Positions 35,188 through 43,303 of a stretch of 53,192 bases of DNA are shown here, piece by piece. Source of the stretch: a virus; IMG/VR virus record IMGVR_UViG_3300045988_066337; one strand, written 5' to 3'. The position numbers were made by a program, and so were the translations under genes. The notes beneath the pieces are model-generated. The model had not been told where the DNA came from. It saw nothing but the letters and a program-made list of their open reading frames with translations, and did no database searches. Numbering within the stretch: position 1 is the first letter of the stretch; each line of letters opens with the position of its first letter.

Positions 35188-36312
35188 TTATTCCTTTGAT
35201 GTTACTGTAGCTTTACCAACTTTCAGAACTTCTTTCTTAGCATTGATTTCTACAATGATAATAGGCTGACCTGTGGTAGCTGTAATTTCTGCACTGCCAT
35301 CCCAGTCCTTAAATACTTCTGCATCTACCACTTCACCAAGTGCCGGCGCTTCTACGTCTGCACCTGTTGCATATTTATAGCTATTTCCAGATCCTTTTGG
35401 CTCTGTCACTGTGATCTTAGTCTTTCCAGAAGTAGTTGCGCTTGCGGCGGATGTTACAGTCAGTGTAGCATTTGGTGCATAGTACAGGATAGTCTCTGGT
35501 GTAACTGCTTTAGTACCATAATAGAAAAACAGCTCCATAGCATATGCTTCTGAGAGAGGTACTTTTTCTGCACTGTATGGTTTACTCATAATAGGCTGTG
35601 CAATGGATCCTTTCATCATTACAATGAAATCTACACCCTTTGGCAATCTAGTGCAGGATTCTGTCTGTACACCGTGAAATGCGAGGAAAGATTCTGCGTT
35701 AGTTTCAACATTAGCATTATTCACGCCTGTATCAAGATATTTTCTGATTTCTGAGTAAGCTTCCGCACTAAATATACCCACCATCATGCTTCTGTCAATA
35801 CCATCAATGTACTCATTTTCCAGAGTTTCCAGTGTTACAATGGCAGCTTCATACTTATCTGCCATAGTTGTAATACCTGAAGCTGGAGTAAATGCGGTAC
35901 CGGCTGCAACTGCTTCCTTAAAGAAAGCTCTATCGAGATGAGCCTGCATTCTTATTGTATGGTTAGCAGCTCTTTTTGCTATAAGACCATCCACTCCTAA
36001 AAGAGATGCATCTTTCTGTTCCAGCTCTTCGACAAATTCCTTGTCCTTGTTTATAGCAATAGTAACGGGCTTACCTGTTACAGAAGCACCCTTTCCAGCA
36101 GTTCTAGCTGAACCGTAATCCTTAGGTTCTGCGTTCTGGAATCTTTTAGCTTCTACTGTACCCGATGTAGGATCTCCTGAAAGATCGGTATTTTTAAGTG
36201 TGCTGGAAAGTGTTCCTTTCTGCACGTTTTCGATAACTCCATCATATGTTTCTGACAGGAGCATTTTACCTTCATTCTCTAAAAGAACGGATAAAGATTC
36301 AATTCTAGGCAT
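35188..36312 (-). CDS. Major capsid protein with a C-terminal Ig-like extension
   Basis: 374 aa after the scaffold gene; beta-rich C-terminal ~90 aa (LTVTSAASATTSGKTKITVTEPKG...). Confidence 0.75.
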   Translation of the reverse strand: MPRIESLSVLLENEGKMLLSETYDGVIENVQKGTLSSTLKNTDLSGDPTSGTVEAKRFQNAEPKDYGSARTAGKGASVTGKPVTIAINKDKEFVEELEQKDASLLGVDGLIAKRAANHTIRMQAHLDRAFFKEAVAAGTAFTPASGITTMADKYEAAIVTLETLENEYIDGIDRSMMVGIFSAEAYSEIRKYLDTGVNNANVETNAESFLAFHGVQTESCTRLPKGVDFIVMMKGSIAQPIMSKPYSAEKVPLSEAYAMELFFYYGTKAVTPETILYYAPNATLTVTSAASATTSGKTKITVTEPKGSGNSYKYATGADVEAPALGEVVDAEVFKDWDGSAEITATTGQPIIIVEINAKKEVLKVGKATVTSKE

Positions 36313-36325
36313 TTTCTAATCCTTT

Positions 36326-36952
36326 CTACCAGATAAGAGGCCGTTCTTTGGGCTCTTTTTTAACATCTGGATCATCAATTTTCTTATTCTTGTCAACAAA
36401 TTTAGGTTTTGGCTTATTAGGTTCAGGATCGTCTGGTTCCTCTTTTATAAAAGCACCTGCATCCTGTTCCTTGTACTTGTCCACGAAATCTTTAAATCCA
36501 AGTATCTCATTATCTTTCATGGACAATCTATTGTCCATAAGATCATTTATAAATGCTTTCTTAGCACTATTGGAGCTAAATTTAAGATCACTTGACAGTT
36601 CCTTGATAGCAAATTCATAACGCTGATCAGCTAATTGTTTGCTGTATTTTTTCTGCTGTTCATCATAGTCTGACTGAAGATTCTGTAACTTTGTAGTAAC
36701 TTCATCAATTTTAGCTTTATCATTCCCAACATCCTCTAGCTGTTTGTTTAAATCTGCTAAATCTTTGTCTCTCTGTTGTAAATCAGCTTCTAATTTCTTA
36801 TTGCCCGCCTCAGCATTTGTAACTTTGACCTGAATATTTTCGACTTCTTTGATAGTCTTATAGTTGGCGACCATTTCTTTTTCAAAAGATTCCTTTTTAT
36901 CTTCTGGAATCTCCAACCCAATAGATTTTAAAATTTCGTAGATATTTTTCAT
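36326..36952 (-). CDS. Scaffolding protein (Phage GP20-like)
   Basis: MKNIYEILKSIGLEIPEDKKESFEKE N-terminus; coiled coil; charged C-terminus. Confidence 0.7.
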   Translation of the reverse strand: MKNIYEILKSIGLEIPEDKKESFEKEMVANYKTIKEVENIQVKVTNAEAGNKKLEADLQQRDKDLADLNKQLEDVGNDKAKIDEVTTKLQNLQSDYDEQQKKYSKQLADQRYEFAIKELSSDLKFSSNSAKKAFINDLMDNRLSMKDNEILGFKDFVDKYKEQDAGAFIKEEPDDPEPNKPKPKFVDKNKKIDDPDVKKEPKERPLIW

Positions 36953-37025
36953 TAAAACCTCCTAAAATATCTTATATACCGTATTTTCTACGGTCTGGAA
37001 ATCTTCTTATATATTTATTATATAT

Positions 37026-37139
37026 AAGTTATCCACAGATTACAAGTATTTTTTTGTGGATAAGTCTGTGGATAACTTCGTAAAAATTTGTAAATATAAA
37101 AAGTTATCCACAACCTGTGGATAAGTCTGTGGATAACTT
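37026..37139. promoter_or_regulatory. Cluster of six perfect DnaA boxes (TTATCCACA) in two repeat units, flanked by pure-AT tracts
   Basis: TTATCCACA at 37029-37037 and 37104-37112. TGTGGATAA at 37055-37063, 37067-37075, 37116-37124 and 37128-37136. A 24-bp perfect direct repeat at 37055-37078 recurs at 37116-37139. Confidence 0.85.
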
Positions 37140-38274
37140 ATATTTTTACTTGTTTTGGTTTGATTTGTCGACCCTTATAATTAGGGACATATGCATTATC
37201 AAATCTAGGCTTAACCCCGGACTTATTTGCAATACGCCGGTAGGATGATTCTAAAATGTTCAATCGTTCTTTTTCCTTACCTATATCTTGATTTGCGGAT
37301 TTTAACCCAATTATTTTTTCTTTTTCATACCTCATTCGAGTTTCTAGTCTTCTCATTACTTGGGTGCATTCGTATCTTGTATATTTTTTACCATTCACCT
37401 CAATCATTTCCCGAGAATAATCTTTCATTTCCTGTAATTCTTGTGCAGAATATGGATTAGGAGATACGCCTAGAACAATGTATGAAATATTATGTTGGCA
37501 ATTCATTGTACCTATCGGTCTTTTTAATTCGGATTGGATTTTGTTGAATTTTTTCAATGAATATTGTCTGCCTTGATAAGGTAGATGATCTTCTGCACAT
37601 AATCCATGTGCATCAATTTGTACACCGTCTGCTCCGAATTGTTTACCTGCTTCTTCTCTAATACCGGAATTCAGTCTTCTAATCCCTTCTATTAAATTTA
37701 ATTTCAAAGCACTGTCTAATCTTCTGGTTAATCCGCTGGCATACACAACACGCAAACCGTTTGAAACCGTTTTATTTATTATACGACGTGTGGCAGATTC
37801 ATAATCGGTCATCCCCATTGTAACCTCTTGAATCATACTGTCAACTGCATTTCTATAATCTTGGGAAATAGCTGTTGTGTGAGAAATATTTCTAAATGTG
37901 TTACCTGTAGCTATAGCCATTGATTTCATATAGTTGTTTATAATGGTATTTTCAACAAAAGTGGGTTGAATTATATTTTTAGCTAAATAGTATTTAGCCA
38001 TGTCTGAATACTCCATCATACCACTTTTTTTAAATATCATTTGAATTTCTAACACAGATTTATCTGTGGCTCGTGCAAGCATACTGTTTATCTCATCAAT
38101 GTTAGCCTGCATCTTAGCCATCTCGTCTAATCTATGTAGATCTGTAGAAGTCAATGCCCCTATATCTGAAATATGTTTCGCCATCAATTCAATATAACGA
38201 ACATTGACCTCTTCAAATCTATTAGCAACTATAGTAGAAATCTGTTCTATCTGCTTAGCAACTGTATTAGACAT
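37138..38274 (-). CDS. Minor head protein (MuF / SPP1 gp7 family), no C-terminal toxin domain
   Basis: 378 aa directly after the portal gene (ATGA coupling); gp7-like core. Confidence 0.7.
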   Translation of the reverse strand: MSNTVAKQIEQISTIVANRFEEVNVRYIELMAKHISDIGALTSTDLHRLDEMAKMQANIDEINSMLARATDKSVLEIQMIFKKSGMMEYSDMAKYYLAKNIIQPTFVENTIINNYMKSMAIATGNTFRNISHTTAISQDYRNAVDSMIQEVTMGMTDYESATRRIINKTVSNGLRVVYASGLTRRLDSALKLNLIEGIRRLNSGIREEAGKQFGADGVQIDAHGLCAEDHLPYQGRQYSLKKFNKIQSELKRPIGTMNCQHNISYIVLGVSPNPYSAQELQEMKDYSREMIEVNGKKYTRYECTQVMRRLETRMRYEKEKIIGLKSANQDIGKEKERLNILESSYRRIANKSGVKPRFDNAYVPNYKGRQIKPKQVKI

Positions 38275-39803
38275 TATTCTTCACCGCCATTACCACCCTC
38301 TGAGGCTGTATTAAACATTAGTTCCTGACTTAACCGTATGGACTCTTCCTGCATTTGTTCAATGGTTTGTTTAGCGGTATCAATGTCCTCACCTGTGTAC
38401 CACGCACGAAGTTCCGCTTTAGACAGTATACCGTCCTGGACTAATAGACGCTTCTGAGCTAATTCAGTGTCGACATCGGTAAGAATTGAATCACTCCAGT
38501 TTATTGCTACATCAAAATCTTCTATATTATGCAGCTCATACAATTCAATAAATACTTTTGCGCCATCGATAGCATCTCTAAACGCACGTTCCAGAGATTC
38601 TTGATTTTTAGTGATGGTTGTGTAGGTATTTTGGCGAAGAATTTTAATTTCTGTAGCAGTACGAGCGTCACTCTGTACATCACCCAAAGTACCTCTAGCT
38701 AAACCGCAAGCATCTTCAATCTTATGTAAATAAGTATTTAAACCCTGAATATAAGATGTGTCTCGTAATGATGGAGTAAAGGCATGATAAGTATCTTCGT
38801 TTCCAAGATCTAACTTCCTATAAATTCTATCTTTGCCACTGTCCAATCGTTGTTTAAAATATGTGTCCTGTGTACAAAGAGCGGTAGAATCTACATCAAT
38901 AGCAATCTGCCCAGCTTCATACTCCCAATCCAGTCTAGAGAATTGTATATCGGCTAATTTAATAAGATCTGCAGCAGCACTGAAAACAGAAACACCTAGA
39001 GGAGATTCCATGTCCACATTATTAGCCACAGGTACTTTGTAATATCCGTACATTGGTTTCTCAACGTCCTGTATCGTAACCTCCGGCTCAATATCTGACC
39101 ATCTTGAAACAGCAGTGAGTGGTATTTCGTTTCCTAATTCTTGTTCATCCATATCATCATTATCGACTAATTTAGCCTTAAAAGCTCTGTTCTGGACAAC
39201 AACGGTATTATCAGAAAAGGTGTGGCGCTCAACTTTTGTATATAGATCAGATCCAGAAATAAACTGATCTAAAAAGGCTACATCTGTTATTCTACCATCG
39301 TCATCAAAAGAAATAGGATAGAAATCACCTTGTATTACGAAATCAAAATAAATTGATTCATTTACAATATATGGTTTTATGATCATGCCACCTAAAGCCA
39401 TAGCCTTTTCTAAATTTGTATCTAACTTAGATAAAAGCTGGACTTCAAATAGATTTTTAATATATTCAGCTAAAGAATCTTCCGTAGTTTCTACTGGTAC
39501 TTCTTCAATTTCCCCTGTTTCTGTATTGATTTGTGTAATAGACGGTGGAGTGATATCCACCGTCAATTCACACATAACCATCATTTGAAGCATTTGACAT
39601 ATAGATTTGGGTAATCCCATTGAACTTACTTCTGAATCAACCCAAGGAGCTTCATTCTTATACATAAGTTTCCATTTTTGCATAGCAGTAGACATTTCAT
39701 CAGATATTAAAACTTCATCTATATTGGAAAGATCTGTAATGTTTGAATATCTAGTCATCTTTCTAATTGCTTCACGTATAAGTTCAATTAATTTTCGTAA
39801 CAT
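38274..39803 (-). CDS. Portal protein (SPP1 gp6-like)
   Basis: 509 aa; precedes the MuF-like gene; acidic C-terminus. Confidence 0.8.
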   Translation of the reverse strand: MLRKLIELIREAIRKMTRYSNITDLSNIDEVLISDEMSTAMQKWKLMYKNEAPWVDSEVSSMGLPKSICQMLQMMVMCELTVDITPPSITQINTETGEIEEVPVETTEDSLAEYIKNLFEVQLLSKLDTNLEKAMALGGMIIKPYIVNESIYFDFVIQGDFYPISFDDDGRITDVAFLDQFISGSDLYTKVERHTFSDNTVVVQNRAFKAKLVDNDDMDEQELGNEIPLTAVSRWSDIEPEVTIQDVEKPMYGYYKVPVANNVDMESPLGVSVFSAAADLIKLADIQFSRLDWEYEAGQIAIDVDSTALCTQDTYFKQRLDSGKDRIYRKLDLGNEDTYHAFTPSLRDTSYIQGLNTYLHKIEDACGLARGTLGDVQSDARTATEIKILRQNTYTTITKNQESLERAFRDAIDGAKVFIELYELHNIEDFDVAINWSDSILTDVDTELAQKRLLVQDGILSKAELRAWYTGEDIDTAKQTIEQMQEESIRLSQELMFNTASEGGNGGEE

Positions 39804-39815
39804 ATATCAATACCT

Positions 39816-40586
39816 CTAAATTCTTTTAGTATAAGGAAGATATATCCACCCAGCACCACTTTTTAATTTACCCCACTTGCCTATTGTTTCCACTATAGTG
39901 TACACTCCGGGCTTGATGAAGCCTTTTTTTCCGTATCCTGTACCAGGACCTTTTCTAATATACAAGTCTTCTATAGATACTTTTACTTTGAATCCTCCTG
40001 TAGTTGCTGCAGATCCAGACGCACCTGTTTCATAGCCTTTATCTGCAATTCCAAGCGTTTTCAAAATACCTTTGGCATATGCGTATCCGAACGCTCGTTG
40101 CTCACTGGTAGTATCTGCGATCTGAACGTCTGTTGCATTATCAACGAAGACACCTTCGCAGATAACCGCTGGCGCATTTGTTAATCTAATCATACCATAA
40201 TAGTCTGTGCCATCTGTATCTCTGCGCGTTTTCAGCCCACGTGAGTTCTGACCTATTTTCTTAACTTCTGCTTCGATATTCTGTGCCAGAGTTTTTCCTC
40301 TGCCCCCACCGACGGTGTGATAGACTTCAAATCCATCGCCGCCTCCGGCATTGTTGTGTATCGAAATAACCAGATCGGCACCCCAGCTATTCGCTTCGCG
40401 CGCCATGCTGTTGATACCTGTGTCTGTACTGTTTGATGTTCGTGACATCTTTGTGATTACACCATTTGCATTCAGATAGTCCCTGCAGGCTAATGCCATG
40501 ACCAGATTCACGTCACGCTCAACGATGTATTTGACTGCGCCCGGATCGCTTCCGCCGTGACCAGGGTCTATATATACTTTTGCCAT
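39816..40586 (-). CDS. Endolysin: N-acetylmuramoyl-L-alanine amidase (Amidase_3) plus a C-terminal SH3-like domain
   Basis: MAKVYIDPGHGGSDPGAV; ISIHNNAGGG; C-terminal GYGKKGFIKPGVYTIVE...WGKLKSGAGWI. Confidence 0.85.
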   Translation of the reverse strand: MAKVYIDPGHGGSDPGAVKYIVERDVNLVMALACRDYLNANGVITKMSRTSNSTDTGINSMAREANSWGADLVISIHNNAGGGDGFEVYHTVGGGRGKTLAQNIEAEVKKIGQNSRGLKTRRDTDGTDYYGMIRLTNAPAVICEGVFVDNATDVQIADTTSEQRAFGYAYAKGILKTLGIADKGYETGASGSAATTGGFKVKVSIEDLYIRKGPGTGYGKKGFIKPGVYTIVETIGKWGKLKSGAGWIYLPYTKRI

Positions 40587-40587
40587 G

Positions 40588-40896
40588 TTACGCCTCCTCT
40601 ACGCAGATCGCCGTAATGCCATATGCCTTTGCTGCATCGTGTTCAAGCTTACATCCTCTTGCATCACGCCAACCTTTAGCAAAGTATGCGATGTCAGCAT
40701 CCGAAAGCAGCTCAAGTGACTTCCCTAAAAACCACAGAGGTTTTGCGTCCGCCGGTGCACCTTGAAAAAATGAATCAATTACCTCCACAGGCTCCCCAAG
40801 ACACCTTTGCGCACTATCAATCGCCTGTTCTCTTTCACGAAGTATTTCCTCATCGCTTTTGCCCTTCATGGGCTGTGATATAAAAAGTTTCTTCAT
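40588..40896 (-). CDS. Nucleoside 2-deoxyribosyltransferase-fold (DUF4406-like) protein
   Basis: Real start is the internal ATG at 40896 (GGAGGAAAAATAATG, TAATG overlap with the holin stop). MKKLFISQPMKGKSDEEI...AKGWRDARGCKLEHDAAKAYG fits the pattern I recall for DUF4406. Confidence 0.45.
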   Translation of the reverse strand: MKKLFISQPMKGKSDEEILREREQAIDSAQRCLGEPVEVIDSFFQGAPADAKPLWFLGKSLELLSDADIAYFAKGWRDARGCKLEHDAAKAYGITAICVEEA

Positions 40897-41102
40897 TATT
40901 TTTCCTCCACTTCCGGCAGCCCTGCCACCGATGTTAAAATAGACAGCAACCCTGCCATCACCGTCGCGGATCCCACCATAACCCAATTTGTTTCTGTAAT
41001 CATTGTGGATGCTCCAATCGTAGCGATGGCTGCCTGCGCCATTGTCTTTACAGCTCTTATACCTGCTGCTTTCCACCATTCTTTACTCTTAAGTGTTTTC
41101 AT
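40896..41102 (-). CDS. Holin (phiLC3 / LL-H-like)
   Basis: 68 aa; WWKAAGIRAVKTMAQAAIATIG and a second TM SATVMAGLLSILTSVAGLPE; charged C-terminus. Confidence 0.7.
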   Translation of the reverse strand: MKTLKSKEWWKAAGIRAVKTMAQAAIATIGASTMITETNWVMVGSATVMAGLLSILTSVAGLPEVEEK

Positions 41103-41395
41103 TTAATCACCGTATCCTTTCGTGTATACTCATAATAAATCTCGTCACCATTTCCTGGTAATATTACCGTCCCGGCTTTGAATATCTTTCCTGCGACTTC
41201 GACATCTTTGTGCAGCTGTACTACATTATTTATACTGTTAATGCTGATAGTCGCGCTGCCATCGTCATTTACGTATATCGTATACCCTACAGCAACGGCA
41301 GGTTTCGGCGTAGTCATAAACAGAAACGCCGCTGCAGCTATGACTAGCATTGCAACAACACATATCGCAATCACTAGCCTTTTATGCTTTGACAT
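41099..41395 (-). CDS. Membrane-anchored protein, hypothetical
   Basis: N-terminal TM LVIAICVVAMLVIAAAAFLF. Confidence 0.55.
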   Translation of the reverse strand: MSKHKRLVIAICVVAMLVIAAAAFLFMTTPKPAVAVGYTIYVNDDGSATISINSINNVVQLHKDVEVAGKIFKAGTVILPGNGDEIYYEYTRKDTVIK

Positions 41396-41446
41396 GATAA
41401 CCCTCCTTTTTTAAATAAAAAGTCAGCCTGTAATGGATGCCTAAAA

Positions 41447-41875
41447 TTATTCAGTGTATAATTCCCAGCCGGCAGGATATTCTTCAGGTGACCATGTGTT
41501 GCCATCAATCAGCGATTTATACAGCTTTTCATTGTAGCTGACAATATCACCTTTGCTGTAGGCATCATGTGCTCCTGTCGGCTTGCTCCATATCGGATAC
41601 CCCGCAGGATTCAATCCAATGGCAGTATACAATGCTGGTGTGGCATCTGGCTTCCAGTCTTCCTGTGAAGTGTGTGCCTGCACCACCTTATACAACTGTG
41701 GATCGCCTGTGCTGTTTTCGCCATATGAAAACATGTCCCCCACGGCATATGCCCTGCCGACTGCGTATGCTGGAAATACTGTTGCAACTTCCAGTGCTGC
41801 ATCATCATCCAACGTCTGAACAAACAATTGCAATGCCCTTCGCAGCTGCTCTGCTGCCAATGCTTTATTGCTCAT
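41447..41875 (-). CDS. Carbohydrate-binding (CBM5/12-like repeats) protein
   Basis: Two repeats: AYAVGDMFSY...YKVVQAHTSQEDWKPDATPALYTAI and AYSKGDIVSYNEKLYKSLIDGNTWSPEEYPAGWELY. GGGGGTGA RBS favours the ATG at 41875. Confidence 0.55.
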   Translation of the reverse strand: MSNKALAAEQLRRALQLFVQTLDDDAALEVATVFPAYAVGRAYAVGDMFSYGENSTGDPQLYKVVQAHTSQEDWKPDATPALYTAIGLNPAGYPIWSKPTGAHDAYSKGDIVSYNEKLYKSLIDGNTWSPEEYPAGWELYTE

Positions 41876-42107
41876 TGGTTTCACCCCCTGTACCAAGTAT
41901 GATATTTAACAATTCTTCCGCCGTTGGTTCTGTCGGCTGCGGATCGGGCTTTGGCAGCGGATCGTGGATATATTCACCATCTACATATCGGTATTCTGTT
42001 ACATCCCCGTCTGGGAATGAATCGACTACATTTTCATATGTTTGCCCTTCAAGGCAGTTACAAACTGACAATATTCGTCCGTTTTCTTCTAAATTTAAAG
42101 CGTACAT
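41865..42107 (-). CDS. Small tail-fibre-associated protein (XkdW-like position)
   Basis: 80 aa directly after the tail fibre gene. Confidence 0.45.
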   Translation of the reverse strand: MYALNLEENGRILSVCNCLEGQTYENVVDSFPDGDVTEYRYVDGEYIHDPLPKPDPQPTEPTAEELLNIILGTGGETNEQ

Positions 42108-43220
42108 TTATAACACCCCCTTTAACCCATAAATAAACAACGGTATACAAGCGGTCTTAATATTTGTTGGATATGTAGTATCAAAATTTATAAATGTAGC
42201 AGTGTTTGTAAAGTATCTTCTGTTGCCTTCGGCATTATCTATTATACCTCCACCGTTATTAACAGGTGAAATAATTGGTGGTATCATTCGTGTGTTCGAT
42301 GATGTATTGTAATTAAATATAATCATGATATAATCGTACTCACTTAAATCCAATGTTATTTTCTGGTCAGAAAATGCGCTTGTCGAGCTTGCATTTTCCC
42401 AGAGTTTCGTCAACGATACGCCACCCAATGCTTTCAATGCTTCCACCGCTGTCGTTTTACCTGTGCCGCCTTTCGCTATAGGTAAGATATCATACGTGCC
42501 GCATGCTTTTACACCTAAATTTGTTCTTGCCTCAGCCGCTGTAGTTGCGCCTGTACCACCTTTGTTGACTGGCTGTATTTTCTCTTCTTCTGCAGCTATT
42601 CTAGCTTCTAACTGTCCAGCTACAGTACCACTCAACGCCGAATCAACTAAGTCTTGATACTGCTGATATAGTGCTCCTAACTGCGTTACATATGGAATAG
42701 CTGGTAATACCCTGCCACACAAGCTATCATCCATTCTTGTATCCAATATATTAGAAGCACTAATAGATGTTGCTCCTGCGGGTATTGTAATATCCGCTAA
42801 ACCCAATTCCCAAAAGTTAGATTCACGCTGTAATGCTGGAGCTACAGGATTAGTGGCATTTGTACCTGTCTTTACATACACCATGATAGATCTGACATTT
42901 GTTGAGGTATTAAACCTAGCTACTATTCTGTCTATTCTTCTTAGTGTTGAGTTGGCCGCTTCTAATGACAATGTGATAGCGTTGTCATTATACGCCAAAG
43001 CTCCTTCAATGTGACAACCACCTTTAGATACTTTCACAGCCATCCCATTACCCGGAATTACTTGTAAATCATCATCTAATGATGATTCTATGAATACACC
43101 ATTTGTATATCTCAATTTATTGAACTGACGTTCATTCTCAGCTGTTATCGCCCTATCATATACAGGCTGCTCAGCTGTGCCAGTATTTTGAGACTCAAAT
43201 GGGTACGAATAAAAAGCCAT
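42108..43220 (-). CDS. Tail fibre protein
   Basis: Two copies of the fibre motif KGGTGATTAAEARTNLG / KGGTGKTTAVEALKALG; N-terminus MAFYSYPFESQNTGT...YDRAITAE. Confidence 0.65.
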   Translation of the reverse strand: MAFYSYPFESQNTGTAEQPVYDRAITAENERQFNKLRYTNGVFIESSLDDDLQVIPGNGMAVKVSKGGCHIEGALAYNDNAITLSLEAANSTLRRIDRIVARFNTSTNVRSIMVYVKTGTNATNPVAPALQRESNFWELGLADITIPAGATSISASNILDTRMDDSLCGRVLPAIPYVTQLGALYQQYQDLVDSALSGTVAGQLEARIAAEEEKIQPVNKGGTGATTAAEARTNLGVKACGTYDILPIAKGGTGKTTAVEALKALGGVSLTKLWENASSTSAFSDQKITLDLSEYDYIMIIFNYNTSSNTRMIPPIISPVNNGGGIIDNAEGNRRYFTNTATFINFDTTYPTNIKTACIPLFIYGLKGVL

Positions 43221-43303
43221 ATACTCTCCTTTCTATAAATTAAATAATTTTTAGTCCCCCTTCATATTTTATTATAATATACAATAACAAAAAAATATAC
43301 AAT

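Noticed and set aside
37104-37124. DnaA-box inverted pair explained purely as a transcription terminator stem
   Set aside because: The hairpin plus U-tract is real and may terminate transcription. But a terminator does not need the exact DnaA consensus, nor four further perfect boxes in the same 108 bp and a second unit with a 17-nt loop. The terminator-only explanation is set aside and a dual role is kept open.
40897-41079. N-terminal 61 codons of ORF 40588-41079
   Set aside because: This stretch overlaps the well-supported holin gene (40896-41102) in another frame and encodes a Gly/Arg-rich nonsense-like peptide. A strong RBS and a TAATG junction define the internal start at 40896.
41569-42132. 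Plus-strand ORFs throughout the track, for example 41569-42132 (187 aa), 30627-31076, 28658-29050, 4696-5034 and 52500-52880
   Set aside because: Every one lies antisense to a longer minus-strand gene with recognisable homology or synteny. They lack RBS context and give low-complexity or hydrophobic translations. The long ones cluster in GC-rich segments where stop codons are rarer. I treat them as shadow ORFs.
43221-43303. Shared TATATTATA word upstream of the tail-fibre gene and upstream of 45637 (45638-45710) as a possible late-promoter motif
   Set aside because: There are only two occurrences in extremely AT-rich spacers, with no matched -35 or second conserved element. This cannot be distinguished from chance without statistics or TSS data.
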